From contig OZ271840.1 of NCBI GenBank assembly GCA_965601735.1, positions 1,080,402-1,144,401 of the forward strand: a stretch of DNA of 64,000 nt, given 5' to 3'. Made by a program: the position numbers and the translations under genes. The stretch comes from Alphaproteobacteria bacterium. Its GTDB lineage: Bacteria > Pseudomonadota > Alphaproteobacteria > JBBDQX01. Every line of letters starts with the position of its first letter. The stretch's first letter is position 1. Shown here in pieces: positions 37,772 through 47,854 of the stretch. Under the pieces are notes generated by a model. The model saw only the letters and a program-made list of their open reading frames with translations. It was not told the origin of the DNA and ran no database searches.

Positions 37772-40327
37772 CTATTCGTTGCGCAGCAGCGGCGCCGCCT
37801 TCGCGCCCAGCGCCTGCCACGTCCCGGCCAGCCCGAAGGCAATGGTGATCGCGATGCATCCCAGCACCGTGCCCCCCACCACCAGGGGTTCGAGCACGAA
37901 CGGGCTTTGCATCATCAGGGCGATAACGGCCCAGGCGGCCACGCTGCCGACCACCGCGGCCAGCAGGCCGGTGACGGCGCCCAGAATGACGTACTCCAGC
38001 ATGAAGGCGCCAACCACGGTCGGCCGTGTCGCGCCGACAACCTTCAGCACCACCGCATCGTAGATGCGCCGGCGATGTCCGGCAGCCAGGGCGCCGGCCA
38101 GCACCAAGGCGCCGGCCAGCAGCGCCACGCCGGCGGTCGCCCTCACCGCACCGGCCAGCCGCTGGACCAGCTGGTTCACCGTGTCTAGCGCATCGCGCAC
38201 TGGCACCGCGGAGATGTTGGCGAAGCGGTCGGTGACCGCCGTCATCAGGGCGCGCTCGGCGCTCGGCGGCGCTTCCACCGTGGCGATGAAGGTGTAGGGC
38301 GCGGCATCGAGGATGCCCGGCGAGAACAGGAAGACGAAGTTGATGCCGAACGAACGCCAGTCCACCGTGCGCAGGTTGGCGATGGTGCCGGTGATCTCGC
38401 GCCCGAGGATGCGGAACGTGACCGTGTCACCGAGGCCGACGCCAAAGCCTTCAGCGATCTCAGCATCCATCGACAGCAGGGGCGGTCCGGCGTAATCCGG
38501 TGGCCACCACTCGCCGGCGACGAGCTGCGTGCCCCGCGGTGGCCGGTCCGCAAAGGTGAGCCCCCGGTCGCCCCGCAGCGCCCAGCGCGCATCGTCCGAC
38601 ACAGTGAGGTCCTCTGCCGCGACGCCTTTGACCGATACGATGCGCCCGCGCAGGCTGGCGACCCGTTCCGCCGCGCCCGCGCCGGGCACCGCCGCGACGA
38701 CTTCGTCGAACGCTTCCGCCTGATCGGCCTGGATGTCGATAAAGAAGAAGGCCGGCGCGCGCGACGGCCATTCGTCGGCGAGCTGGCGGCTAAGGTTCAC
38801 CTCCACCAGGACGACGGCGACCAGTACGGTCAGGCCCAGACCCAGGGACATCACAATCGACGGCGTCGGCGCGCCGGGCCGGTGGATATTCGACAATGCC
38901 AGCCGCAGCGCGGGCCGGCGTGGCCGTCCAGCACGGGCGGCGAGCGCGACAATGCCACGGCCGGCGAGCCGGAAGGCCAGAAGCGCCCCGACCGCGCCGA
39001 CCACGAACCAGCCGGCAAAAACTGGATCCGCCGCCGCGGCGATGGTCAGCACGGTCAGCAGGGCTGCGGTCGCAGCCGTGGCGAGCGCAACCCGCACCCC
39101 CGGCCCGGCCTGAGACGGTGCGATGGACTCACGAAACAGGCTGCCCGGCGGCACGCGGCGCGCCTGGCCCAGTGGCCACAAGCTGAACACCAGGGTGACG
39201 AGGACACCGTAAGCCGCGGCCAGGGCCAGGGCCTGCGGGTACAGGCCGACCTCGATAGGCGCGGGCAAAACGGACCCGAGCAGCCAGGCGCCGAGCGCCG
39301 GCGCCCCTGCGCCCACGGTCAGCCCGATAACGATAGCAAGCGATGCCAGCGCCAGGGTCTGCATCAGGTAGGCGGTGAAGATCAGCCGTGACGACGCGCC
39401 CAGGCCCTTCAGGGTGGCAATAGTCCGGGTCTTGCCGTCGAGGTAGCTGCGCACCGCGTTTGCAACCCCGACGCCACCAACCAGCAGCGCGGCGAAGCCC
39501 ACCAGGGTGAGAAACATGGTGGTCTGATCGACAACCCGCAGCAGCCCCGGTGCGGCCTGTCGCGCGTCACGAATACGCCAGCTCTCCTCAGGGAAAGCGC
39601 TACGGAACCGGTCTGCCCAGGCGTCCGCGTCGGTACCTTCGGGCAGTTGAACCGCGTAGCGGAAGCGCGCCAGGCTGCCCGGCTGCAACAGGCCGGTGGC
39701 ATCCAGCGCTGCCCGGCTGACCAGCATGCGCGGCCCGAAGGCGAAACGGCTGGACACCCGGTCTGGCTCATCGACGATAGCGGCGCGGACTTCCAATTCG
39801 GCATCGCCGACCCGCACCCGTGCGCCCGGTTCCATGCCGAGCTGGACCAGGACGCGGTCCTCGACCACTGCGCCAAAGATCCCGTCGCGCTGTTCCAGCG
39901 CCTCCGCCTGGCTGACGCCACCGGACAGGACCAGCGTGCCATAGAGCGGATAGGCGTCGTCGACCGCCTTGAACTCGACGACGGTGCGGTCGGTGCTTTC
40001 CGGCCGGGTCGCCGGCGTCAGCCGCCGCGCCATGGCGCGCATCTCCAGGCGCTCGGACACCGGCCCCTCTGCGGCAAGCCAAGCGCGCACCGGCGCGCTT
40101 GCCGCCTCATGAGTGCGCGACAGGGACACATCGCCGCCAAGCAGAGCGCTGCCGTCGCGCTCAAGCCCGGCCTGCATGGCGGCGGACAGTGAGGCGACCG
40201 CCCCGATGGACGCCACGCCGAGCACCAGGCAGGCGAGGAAGACGCGGAAGCCTGACAGGCCGCCGCGCAGTTCGCGCCGCGCCAGGACCGAGGCGAGAGA
40301 AAGGGTGTGCCAGCCGCCGTTCATCAA
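37772..40327 (-). CDS. ABC transporter permease with two FtsX-like domains (YbbP-like)
   Basis: 851 aa. Duplicated 4-TM FtsX/MacB-type permease modules with large periplasmic loops. Downstream of, and overlapping, the ATPase gene. Confidence 0.75.
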   Translation of the reverse strand: MMNGGWHTLSLASVLARRELRGGLSGFRVFLACLVLGVASIGAVASLSAAMQAGLERDGSALLGGDVSLSRTHEAASAPVRAWLAAEGPVSERLEMRAMARRLTPATRPESTDRTVVEFKAVDDAYPLYGTLVLSGGVSQAEALEQRDGIFGAVVEDRVLVQLGMEPGARVRVGDAELEVRAAIVDEPDRVSSRFAFGPRMLVSRAALDATGLLQPGSLARFRYAVQLPEGTDADAWADRFRSAFPEESWRIRDARQAAPGLLRVVDQTTMFLTLVGFAALLVGGVGVANAVRSYLDGKTRTIATLKGLGASSRLIFTAYLMQTLALASLAIVIGLTVGAGAPALGAWLLGSVLPAPIEVGLYPQALALAAAYGVLVTLVFSLWPLGQARRVPPGSLFRESIAPSQAGPGVRVALATAATAALLTVLTIAAAADPVFAGWFVVGAVGALLAFRLAGRGIVALAARAGRPRRPALRLALSNIHRPGAPTPSIVMSLGLGLTVLVAVVLVEVNLSRQLADEWPSRAPAFFFIDIQADQAEAFDEVVAAVPGAGAAERVASLRGRIVSVKGVAAEDLTVSDDARWALRGDRGLTFADRPPRGTQLVAGEWWPPDYAGPPLLSMDAEIAEGFGVGLGDTVTFRILGREITGTIANLRTVDWRSFGINFVFLFSPGILDAAPYTFIATVEAPPSAERALMTAVTDRFANISAVPVRDALDTVNQLVQRLAGAVRATAGVALLAGALVLAGALAAGHRRRIYDAVVLKVVGATRPTVVGAFMLEYVILGAVTGLLAAVVGSVAAWAVIALMMQSPFVLEPLVVGGTVLGCIAITIAFGLAGTWQALGAKAAPLLRNE

Positions 40328-41046
40328 GCCGGCTCGACCGCCCCGATTTGGCCGTCAAGGATCCGGACGGCGCGGCTGCAGCGTTCGGTCAGCGCGGGAT
40401 CGTGAGTGATCAGCATCAGGGTGGTACCGCTGCTTTCATGCAGTCCGAACAGCAAATCCATGATGCGTGCGCCCGTGTCACCATCCAGATTGCCGGTAGG
40501 CTCGTCAGCCAGCAGGATCGCCGGCTCGGTCGCAGACGCGCGCGCCAGCGCCACGCGTTGCTGCTCGCCACCCGACAGCTGGCCCGGATAATGGGTCAGC
40601 CGATGGCCGAGGCCGACTGCCTCTAGGCCCACGCGGGCGCGGTCGAACGCGTCGTCCCGCCCGGCGAACTCCAGCGGCACGGCAACATTCTCCAGCGCCG
40701 TCATGGTCGGGATCAGGTGAAAGCTCTGAAACACGATTCCGATATTGTCGCGGCGGAACTCTGCCAGCGCATCCTCATCCAGAGCGCCCAGTTCGGTGCC
40801 CGCGACCGCGACGCGGCCCGCAGTCGGGCGCTCCAGCCCGCCGATCACCATCATCATGGTTGACTTGCCCGAACCCGACGGGCCGATCACCGCGACGGAT
40901 TCGCCGCGCGCGACAGAGAGATCCATCCCGCGCAGGATATTCACCTCACCAGCCTCGCTTCCGAGGGTAAGATGCACATCTTCTAAGAGGATTGCTGCGT
41001 CGGCCGGATCGGCCTGCGCGGCGGCAGCGATAGCGGAACTATTCAT
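40324..41046 (-). CDS. ABC transporter ATP-binding protein (YbbA/LolD-like)
   Basis: Walker [13 protein letters not shown] signature [14 protein letters not shown], Walker [12 protein letters not shown]. The start may be downstream of the annotated ATG (see findings). Confidence 0.75.
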   Translation of the reverse strand: MNSSAIAAAAQADPADAAILLEDVHLTLGSEAGEVNILRGMDLSVARGESVAVIGPSGSGKSTMMMVIGGLERPTAGRVAVAGTELGALDEDALAEFRRDNIGIVFQSFHLIPTMTALENVAVPLEFAGRDDAFDRARVGLEAVGLGHRLTHYPGQLSGGEQQRVALARASATEPAILLADEPTGNLDGDTGARIMDLLFGLHESSGTTLMLITHDPALTERCSRAVRILDGQIGAVEPA

Positions 41047-41052
41047 TGAACC

Positions 41053-41754
41053 ATGAAGACCGGTAAACCAAAGCCTTTCGCCGCCCGCCTCGCGGCACGC
41101 GCCGTACGCAGCCGATATGGGCGGCGCGCGCGCGCTGTCAACGCTGCCCTGCTGCTGTTTCTGGCGCTGGTGCTTGCTGCGCCGGCTGAGGCGGGGACTC
41201 GCCTCGTCGTACTGGGTGACAGCCTGGTCGCGGGTTACGGCCTACCCAATAGCGAGTCCTTCCCCGCGGCGCTGGGCCGCGCGCTGGCCGAACGGGGTCG
41301 TGATGTCGCGGTCCGTAATGCCGGCGTTTCCGGCGAGACCAGCGCAGGTTTGCGCGCCCGGCTCGGCTGGGCGCTGTCGGAGCCGGCGGACGCAGCGATC
41401 GTCGTAATCGGCGGCAACGATGCGCTGCGCGCCCTCGATCCTGGTCAGATGCGCGCCAACATCGACGCGGTACTCGAGGGCCTCAAGGGACGGGGTATTC
41501 CGGTGCTGCTGGCCGGCATGCTGGCGCCGCCGAACCTGGGGCGTGAGTACGGTACCGCCTTCAACACGGCCTTCGCCGATTTGGGCAAGGAAAAGGCCAC
41601 CGTCTTCTACCCCTTCTTCCTTGAAGGGGTGGCGGCGATACCGGCGCTCAACCAGGCCGATGGCATCCATCCCAACGCCGAGGGGGTGGATGAGATCGTC
41701 AGCCGAATCCTGCCGGACGTGGAGCGTCTGCTCGCCGCAACTGGCGGCGGATGA
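41053..41754 (+). CDS. tesA: SGNH/GDSL hydrolase, TesA-like (acyl-CoA thioesterase I / lysophospholipase L1)
   Basis: Signal peptide, then a GDSLVAGYG block. Conserved G (AGVSGET), GGND, and a DGIHP catalytic block. Divergent from the ybbA/ybbP-like pair, as in E. coli tesA-ybbA-ybbP. Confidence 0.7.
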   Translation: MKTGKPKPFAARLAARAVRSRYGRRARAVNAALLLFLALVLAAPAEAGTRLVVLGDSLVAGYGLPNSESFPAALGRALAERGRDVAVRNAGVSGETSAGLRARLGWALSEPADAAIVVIGGNDALRALDPGQMRANIDAVLEGLKGRGIPVLLAGMLAPPNLGREYGTAFNTAFADLGKEKATVFYPFFLEGVAAIPALNQADGIHPNAEGVDEIVSRILPDVERLLAATGGG

Positions 41755-43391
41755 CTCGCCCGCCCTCGCTCTCCGGCCCGGTCCTCGAGCAGGCACTGGC
41801 CCAGGCGACGGCCGACCTCGGCGCCGGGCGCGCCGACGCGGCGCGCGAGCTGCTTGCCCAATTGCGCCGTGCCGCGCCAGATGCCGCCCGGGTACATTTC
41901 CTCTCTGGGCTGGCGGCCGTCGGCGCTGGTGACCCAAGCGAGGCCGCGAACCATTTCCGCGCCGCCCTTGACCGCGACCCTGACGATGCCACCGCACGCG
42001 GCTGGCTTGCCCAGGCGCTCTTGGAAACCGGCCACGATGCGGGCGCCGCTCCGCTGGTCGATGGCATCGGTACCGACGCCCCGCTGCCGCTCGCCATGGC
42101 AAGGGCCCAGTGGCTGCTGCGCCACAGCCGCCTCAAAGAAGCCGCGGGCCTATTGGATGAAACCGCCAGCCGCTTCCCCGAGCAGGCAACGGTCCAAGCG
42201 TTGCTGGCGGAAACACTGGAACGCCAAAACCAGCTCGCGGAAGCCGAGGTGGCGGCAACGGCTGCGCTCGCGCTGTCGCCGGGCGACCTTTCCGCGGTCA
42301 CCAAACTCGCCCGTATCGAGCGGCGCACCGAACGAGCCGCCGCCGCGCGCGCCCGGCTGACGGACGTGCTTGCCACCCATGCCGGCACACCGCCGGGCGC
42401 GCGCGGGGCGGCGCTGGTCGAACTTGGATTTGCTGCCGACCGGGACGGCGATGCAGATGCAGCCTTTGCCGCCTTCGTCGAAGGGCAGGCGCTGCTGGCG
42501 CGTACGCCTGAGGCGGCGGGCGCTGATCCCGAAGCGGTGTTCCGGCTGATCGAGGCACTCGCGGCGGTGCCGATGCCGCCAGCTGCTGCGCCGGATCCGG
42601 ACACGCCGGTCTTCCTGGTGGGCTTCCCGCGCTCGGGCACGACGCTGACCGAGCAGTTGCTGGCCGCGCATCCGCGCCTAATCACCACCGACGAGCAGCC
42701 TTTTCTGCCCGACCTGTTTGCCGACTGGCCGGCGCTCACAGGCGGGCCCTATCCGCATCGTCTCTCCGACCTCGATGCCGCGGCCTGTGAAAGCCTGCGT
42801 GGCCGCTACCGTAATGCACTACACAGTCATTTCGGCGCCGCACTCGACGGTCGCCGTGCCGTCGATAAGCTGCCGCTCAACCTGCTGCATCTTCCATTGG
42901 TGCGCCGGCTTTTCCCCGGAGCGCCCGTGATCCTCGCGCTGCGCGACCCGCGCGATGTCGTGCTGAGTTGCCTGATGCAGCAGTTCGCGCCCAACGCCGC
43001 GATGGCGCCGTTCTTTGCGCTGGACAGCACCGCGCGGTTCTATGCCGCCGCCATGGACCTGTGGCGCGGCTGGCGCGACGCTATGGATCCACCGGTGCTG
43101 GAATCGCGCTATGAGGATGTGGTGGCGGACGTGGAAGCCGCGGCGAGGCGGCTGATCACCCATGTCGGAGAGGCCTGGTCGCCCGCCGTGCTGGATTATG
43201 CCGAGGCTGCCCAGGCGCGCGCGATTTCGACGCCCAGCTACCGGGATGTGACTGGGCCGATCCATCAACGCGCGAGCGGCCGCTGGCGGCGCTATGAGAA
43301 ACATCTTGCACCGGTGCTGGGAATCCTTGATCCGTACGTCCGGGCGTTCGGCTACGCGCCAGCGTCCGAGACCGGGGGAGGGGAGCGATGA
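41751..43391 (+). CDS. TPR-repeat protein with C-terminal sulfotransferase domain
   Basis: 546 aa. N-terminal TPR-like helices. C-terminal Sulfotransfer-type 5'-PSB motif FLVGFPRSGTTL and 3'-PB-like RDPRDVVLSCL. ATGA overlap with the tesA-like stop. Confidence 0.6.
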   Translation: MTRPPSLSGPVLEQALAQATADLGAGRADAARELLAQLRRAAPDAARVHFLSGLAAVGAGDPSEAANHFRAALDRDPDDATARGWLAQALLETGHDAGAAPLVDGIGTDAPLPLAMARAQWLLRHSRLKEAAGLLDETASRFPEQATVQALLAETLERQNQLAEAEVAATAALALSPGDLSAVTKLARIERRTERAAAARARLTDVLATHAGTPPGARGAALVELGFAADRDGDADAAFAAFVEGQALLARTPEAAGADPEAVFRLIEALAAVPMPPAAAPDPDTPVFLVGFPRSGTTLTEQLLAAHPRLITTDEQPFLPDLFADWPALTGGPYPHRLSDLDAAACESLRGRYRNALHSHFGAALDGRRAVDKLPLNLLHLPLVRRLFPGAPVILALRDPRDVVLSCLMQQFAPNAAMAPFFALDSTARFYAAAMDLWRGWRDAMDPPVLESRYEDVVADVEAAARRLITHVGEAWSPAVLDYAEAAQARAISTPSYRDVTGPIHQRASGRWRRYEKHLAPVLGILDPYVRAFGYAPASETGGGER

Positions 43392-44509
43392 CCGGGTCAT
43401 TCGCCGCCGGCGCAGCCGGCGGCTCGCAGGAGTGGCAGACCGTCTGTGCCGCGGCGCTCGACGACCTCGGCGAACCGCCCGAGGGCGCCAACCTTGGCTT
43501 CCTCTATGTCACCGATGTGCTGGCCCATGCGATGCCGAGCATCATCGACATGGTGCGCGAACAGACTGGCATCGCCGAATGGACGGGCACGATTGGCATG
43601 GGCGTCTGCGCCGCCGGGCAGGAGTTCCACGATGAGCCCGCCATCGCGATGCTGGTCTGCGCCCTGCCCGAGGATTCCTTCCGCCTGCTGCCCACCGTAA
43701 CCGGCCCGTTGAAACGGGTGCTGGACTGGCATGGTGGCTGGTTTGCCGACAACCAGCCGGTGTTCGGAGTCGTCCATGGCGACCCGACATTCGCCGGCGT
43801 GCCCGACGTGGTCGAGACCCTGGCCGAGGTCAGCGGCGGATTCCTGGTTGGCGGCCTGACCGCATCGCGCGGCGAGAACTTTCAGCTTGCCGGCGGGCTT
43901 ACCAGCGGCGGTGTATCCGGCGTCGTGCTTGGCCCGTCGGTGCCGGTCGCAACCGGGCTCAGCCAGGGCTGTATGCCCATCGGCGATGTGCACGAGGTGA
44001 CCGAGGGCGCCGACAACATCATTGTATCGCTCGATGGTGAGCCGGCGCTCGATGTGTTCAAGCGCGAGATCGGCGACATCCTGTCACGCCAGCTCGAACG
44101 CACCATGGGCTATATCCACGCCGCCTTTCCCGTCTCCGGTGACGACACAGGCGACTACCTGGTGCGCAACATCCTGGGTGTGGACTCCGAGCGCGGCTGG
44201 CTGGCGGTCGGAGAAATGGTCGGCACTGGCGACCGGGTAATGTTCTGCCGCCGGGATGCCCAAGCGGCGCGCGACGATATGGCGCGGATGCTCACCGGGT
44301 TGGAGCGGCGGCTCGACCGGGCGCCCCAGGCGGCGCTGTATTTCTCTTGTGTCGCGCGGGGTCCCAACATGTTCGGCGAGAAGGGCAGCGAACTGGCGAT
44401 CTTGCGCGATGCGCTGGGCGACATCCCGCTCGCCGGCTTCTACGCCAACGGCGAGATCTCCAATAACCGCCTGTACGGATATACCGGGGTGCTGGCGCTG
44501 TTCCTGTGA
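43388..44509 (+). CDS. FIST-domain signal-transduction protein (FIST_N plus FIST_C)
   Basis: 373 aa. Conserved FIST_C end ...AGFYANGEISNNRLYGYTGVLALF. ATGA overlap with the sulfotransferase gene. Confidence 0.65.
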   Translation: MTGSFAAGAAGGSQEWQTVCAAALDDLGEPPEGANLGFLYVTDVLAHAMPSIIDMVREQTGIAEWTGTIGMGVCAAGQEFHDEPAIAMLVCALPEDSFRLLPTVTGPLKRVLDWHGGWFADNQPVFGVVHGDPTFAGVPDVVETLAEVSGGFLVGGLTASRGENFQLAGGLTSGGVSGVVLGPSVPVATGLSQGCMPIGDVHEVTEGADNIIVSLDGEPALDVFKREIGDILSRQLERTMGYIHAAFPVSGDDTGDYLVRNILGVDSERGWLAVGEMVGTGDRVMFCRRDAQAARDDMARMLTGLERRLDRAPQAALYFSCVARGPNMFGEKGSELAILRDALGDIPLAGFYANGEISNNRLYGYTGVLALFL

Positions 44510-44533
44510 GGGCCGCGCCGCACGGTTCCTGAC

Positions 44534-45076
44534 ATGCGCTTGTTCGTCGCCCTCGATCTGCCAGACGACATCCGGGCGCGGTTGGTCGGGCTCGCCGGAG
44601 GGGTTCCTGGCGTGCGCTGGACCCCGCCGGAGAATCTGCACCTCACCTTGCGCTTCGTCGGCGAGGTCGACGGTGCTGCCGCCGAGGAGCTGGATGCCGA
44701 GCTGGCGAGCATCGATCGCGGCGCCTTCGCCTTGACCCTGTCGGGGGTGGGTGTGTTCGAGCGCGGCCGCCATCCCCACACCCTGTGGGCTGGCGTGGCG
44801 GCGGAACCGGCACTGGCGCAACTGCATGGCCGCATCGAATCTGCGGCCCAGCGCGCCGGTCTGGAGCCGGAAGGCCGGCGCTTCAAGCCGCACGTCACCC
44901 TGGGCCGATTGAAGCAACGGCCCGGCCATCACCTCGTCGACTGGCTTGAGGGAAATGCTCTGTTCCGCGCCGGTCCGTTCCCCGTGGAGGGCTTCACCCT
45001 GTTCCGCAGCCACCTCGGTCGCGAGGCAGCGCACTACGAGGCGCTCGGATTCTACCCGCTGGCCGACGCCGCCTAG
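44534..45076 (+). CDS. thpR: RNA 2',3'-cyclic phosphodiesterase (2H family, ThpR/LigT)
   Basis: 180 aa with the two H-x-T/S-x motifs (HLTLRF and HVTLGR). Confidence 0.7.
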   Translation: MRLFVALDLPDDIRARLVGLAGGVPGVRWTPPENLHLTLRFVGEVDGAAAEELDAELASIDRGAFALTLSGVGVFERGRHPHTLWAGVAAEPALAQLHGRIESAAQRAGLEPEGRRFKPHVTLGRLKQRPGHHLVDWLEGNALFRAGPFPVEGFTLFRSHLGREAAHYEALGFYPLADAA

Positions 45077-45567
45077 GGCGCTGCCGTGAATTGCGCCAGC
45101 AGGCCCCGACAGCCCGCCTCAATCAGCGCCAGCGCCTTATCAAAGCCTTCTGGCGTGCCGTAATAGGGGTCGGGGACGTCGCGGGACAGCGCGTCGGGTG
45201 CGAAATCCATCAGCAGGACGATCTCGGCGCGGGCGCGCGGCGGCCGCTGGCCGTGCAGCTGGCTGACATGCTCGCGGGTCATGGCGACGATCTGGTCGAA
45301 GCGCGTGTAGTCCCGCGGCGCGACTGCGCGGGCGCGCTGGCGGCCAATGTCGATGCCGCGCGCCGCCATCACCCGGCGCGCCCGCGGGTCCGGCGCCTCG
45401 CCGCGGTGGAAACCGTGTGTGCCGGCAGAATCGATATGCAGCCGGTCTGTCAGGCCAGCGTCGTCGGCGAGCGCCCGCAGCAGCCCCTCGGCCATTGGCG
45501 AGCGGCAGATGTTGCCCGAGCAGACGAAGAGGATTCCTGCTGGCCGGCCGGTGTGGGTTGTTGTCAT
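45073..45567 (-). CDS. Low-molecular-weight protein tyrosine phosphatase
   Basis: CSGNICRS P-loop (C-x5-R) at the N-terminus and a DPYY-type motif (DPYYG). Confidence 0.75.
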   Translation of the reverse strand: MTTTHTGRPAGILFVCSGNICRSPMAEGLLRALADDAGLTDRLHIDSAGTHGFHRGEAPDPRARRVMAARGIDIGRQRARAVAPRDYTRFDQIVAMTREHVSQLHGQRPPRARAEIVLLMDFAPDALSRDVPDPYYGTPEGFDKALALIEAGCRGLLAQFTAAP

Positions 45568-45599
45568 TCCGGTAACCCTTCGCCCGCTACTATAAAGAT

Positions 45600-46334
45600 G
45601 TGATGAGCAACGCAGGCCAAGGCCCGATCGTTGTGCTGACCGGCGCCGGGATTTCCCGGGAGTCCGGCCTGCACACCTTTCGCGACCCGGACGGCATCTG
45701 GGCGACCACCCGCATCGAGGATGTGGCGACCCCGGATGCGTTCCGCCGCGACCCGGACCGCGTGCACGCCTTCTACAACGCGCGCCGCCAGCAGCTGCGC
45801 GGCCCGTCCGTGCGGCCCAACGCCGCCCACGCGGCGCTCGCCCGGCTGGAGCGCGAATGGCCCGCGGATGTCCTCGTAGTCACCCAGAATATCGACGACC
45901 TGCATGAGCGTGGCGGCAGCCGCGCGGTGCTGCACATGCACGGGGAGATCCTCAAGGCCCGCTGTGCCAGCTGTGGCGCGATAACGCCCTGGGTGGACGA
46001 TCTTTCAGTCGACCTTGTCTGCGATTCCTGCGGCGCGGTGGGCGGCATGCGGCCCCATGTGGTCTGGTTCGGCGAGATGCCGCTGGAAATGGACCGCATC
46101 CATGACGCGCTCGCCGAATGCGCCCTGTTTCTGTCGATCGGTACGTCGGGCTCCGTCTATCCGGCGGCCGGCTTCGTCGACCTGGCGCGTTCGATGGGCC
46201 GCGCCCACACAGCTGAGCTGAACCTAGAGCCTTCCGAGGGCCACAGCCTGTTCGCCGAGTCGGTGCTCGGCCCAGCCGCAACGGTGGTGCCGGCCTATGT
46301 CGAGCGCCTGCTTGCCGATGGGGTGCCCGGCTGA
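45600..46334 (+). CDS. cobB: NAD-dependent protein deacylase (Sir2 family, CobB)
   Basis: GAGIS.ESG, HG and a Zn-ribbon (C-x2-C...C-x2-C) are present. GTG/ATG start. Confidence 0.8.
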   Translation: MMSNAGQGPIVVLTGAGISRESGLHTFRDPDGIWATTRIEDVATPDAFRRDPDRVHAFYNARRQQLRGPSVRPNAAHAALARLEREWPADVLVVTQNIDDLHERGGSRAVLHMHGEILKARCASCGAITPWVDDLSVDLVCDSCGAVGGMRPHVVWFGEMPLEMDRIHDALAECALFLSIGTSGSVYPAAGFVDLARSMGRAHTAELNLEPSEGHSLFAESVLGPAATVVPAYVERLLADGVPG

Positions 46335-47080
46335 TGGAGCGGCTCCGGCTTCTCGCGGCGCTCGGCGGACGGGTTCAGCAGCCCCGCTCCCCAGGTGAGG
46401 CAGAGCGGCGGATGCTGAACCGCATCGTCGAGGACGCGCGCGCCTGCGAGACCTGCGCCCTGTCACTGCCGGGCGAGCCGCGCCCGGTGCTGCGCGCCTC
46501 GGTAACCGCTCGGCTGCTGATAGTCGGGCCGCCGCCGGGCATCGAATCCCACCGCACTGGCGTGCCTTACAACGACCCAGCCGGCGACCTGCTGCGCAAC
46601 TGGCTTGGCCTCGACCGCTATGCTTTCTATGACGAGAAGCGGGTAGCGATCCTGCCCATCGGCCTGTGCTTCCCGGGCTACGCATCCAGCGGCAACATCC
46701 AGCCGCCGCGCGCGGAATGCGCCCCGGCGTGGCATCCACGTATCCGCGCCGCCCTGCCCAATGTGGAACTGACCGTGCTGGCCGGCGGCGCGGCGCAGAG
46801 CTTCTTCCTCGGCGACCGGGGCCACCCAACCATGAGCCAGATGGTCACCGCTTGGCGCGATTACCTGCCGGAGTTCTTTCCCGTCCCCAACCCGGCCTGG
46901 CGGGCGGCGCGCTGGATTGGCCGCAATCCATGGTTCATCGAAGAAGCCGTGCCAGAGTTGCAGCGCCGGGTGCGCGAGACCATTGCCAAGCCGGTGCCGC
47001 AGCTGCTGCCGCTGCACCGCATGTTGCCCGCACAGCGGGCCAAGGCGCTGGCGCCGGATCCCGACGACTGGATCGAGTAG
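46334..47080 (+). CDS. Uracil-DNA glycosylase superfamily protein
   Basis: 248 aa. UDG-like core (LIVGPPPG ... ILPIGLCFPG ... conserved His near the C-terminus). Family assignment within UDG families 4-6 is not resolved by eye. Confidence 0.5.
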   Translation: MERLRLLAALGGRVQQPRSPGEAERRMLNRIVEDARACETCALSLPGEPRPVLRASVTARLLIVGPPPGIESHRTGVPYNDPAGDLLRNWLGLDRYAFYDEKRVAILPIGLCFPGYASSGNIQPPRAECAPAWHPRIRAALPNVELTVLAGGAAQSFFLGDRGHPTMSQMVTAWRDYLPEFFPVPNPAWRAARWIGRNPWFIEEAVPELQRRVRETIAKPVPQLLPLHRMLPAQRAKALAPDPDDWIE

Positions 47081-47086
47081 CCGGGC

Positions 47087-47485
47087 TCAGCCCTCGGCCT
47101 CGATGCGGTAGATCTCGTCGTCGCTGAAACCGAAATGATGCGCGATCTCGTGGATCAGCACGTTGCGCACCACGGCGAGCAGATCGTCCTCGCCGTCGCA
47201 CCAGTAGTCGAGCAGTGGCCGCCGGTAGAGCAGGATTCGGTCGGGCTCGCGCGGCAGGTCGGTGACGCTCTTTTGGTCCAGCGAGACCCCGTGATAGAGG
47301 CCGAGCAATTCGAACGCGCTTTCGATGCCCAGGTCGCGCAGAGTCTCTTCTTCGGCGAACTCATGCACCTGGATCGACACCCCAGCGACATGGGCGAGCA
47401 GCTCCGGTGGGATAGACGCCAGCGCCTCTTCGGCGAGGGCCTCGATCTCCGCTGCGGTGGGGGCATGGGCGATACGGCGCGGCAT
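47087..47485 (-). CDS. Zincin-like metallopeptidase-domain protein (DUF, HExxH)
   Basis: Only the C-terminal 131 aa of track ORF 47087..47881 is retained (M133). HEIAHHFG motif. The upstream part is antisense to the PCD gene. Confidence 0.5.
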   Translation of the reverse strand: MPRRIAHAPTAAEIEALAEEALASIPPELLAHVAGVSIQVHEFAEEETLRDLGIESAFELLGLYHGVSLDQKSVTDLPREPDRILLYRRPLLDYWCDGEDDLLAVVRNVLIHEIAHHFGFSDDEIYRIEAEG

Positions 47486-47530
47486 GGCCGCGACCCTAGC
47501 GCCGCTTGAACCCGCCGCCAAGCCAGCCCA

Positions 47531-47854
47531 TTGTCGCGCTGGACAGTAATGATGGAGGCGGCGATGGCGGAGAGACTCGGGACCGATGAGTGGGCGCAGG
47601 CACTGGCCGGGCTGCCGGACTGGTCGCCGGTCAAGGGCCGCGATGCGATCACCCGCACCTACCAGTTTGCCGACTTCAACGCCGCCTTTGGCTTCATGGC
47701 TCGGGTGGCACTGGTGGCTGAGAAGATGGATCACCATCCCGAGTGGTTCAACGTCTACAACCGGGTCGAGGTCACGCTCAGTACCCACGATGCTGGTGGA
47801 GTGACACAGCTCGATATCACGCTCGCCGAGGTGATGGATGGCCTTGCCAAGTGA
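47531..47854 (+). CDS. phhB: Pterin-4a-carbinolamine dehydratase
   Basis: Conserved PCD core E.HHP.W..VYN.V...L.THD. The start is ambiguous among M1/M7/M8/M12. Confidence 0.65.
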   Translation: MSRWTVMMEAAMAERLGTDEWAQALAGLPDWSPVKGRDAITRTYQFADFNAAFGFMARVALVAEKMDHHPEWFNVYNRVEVTLSTHDAGGVTQLDITLAEVMDGLAK

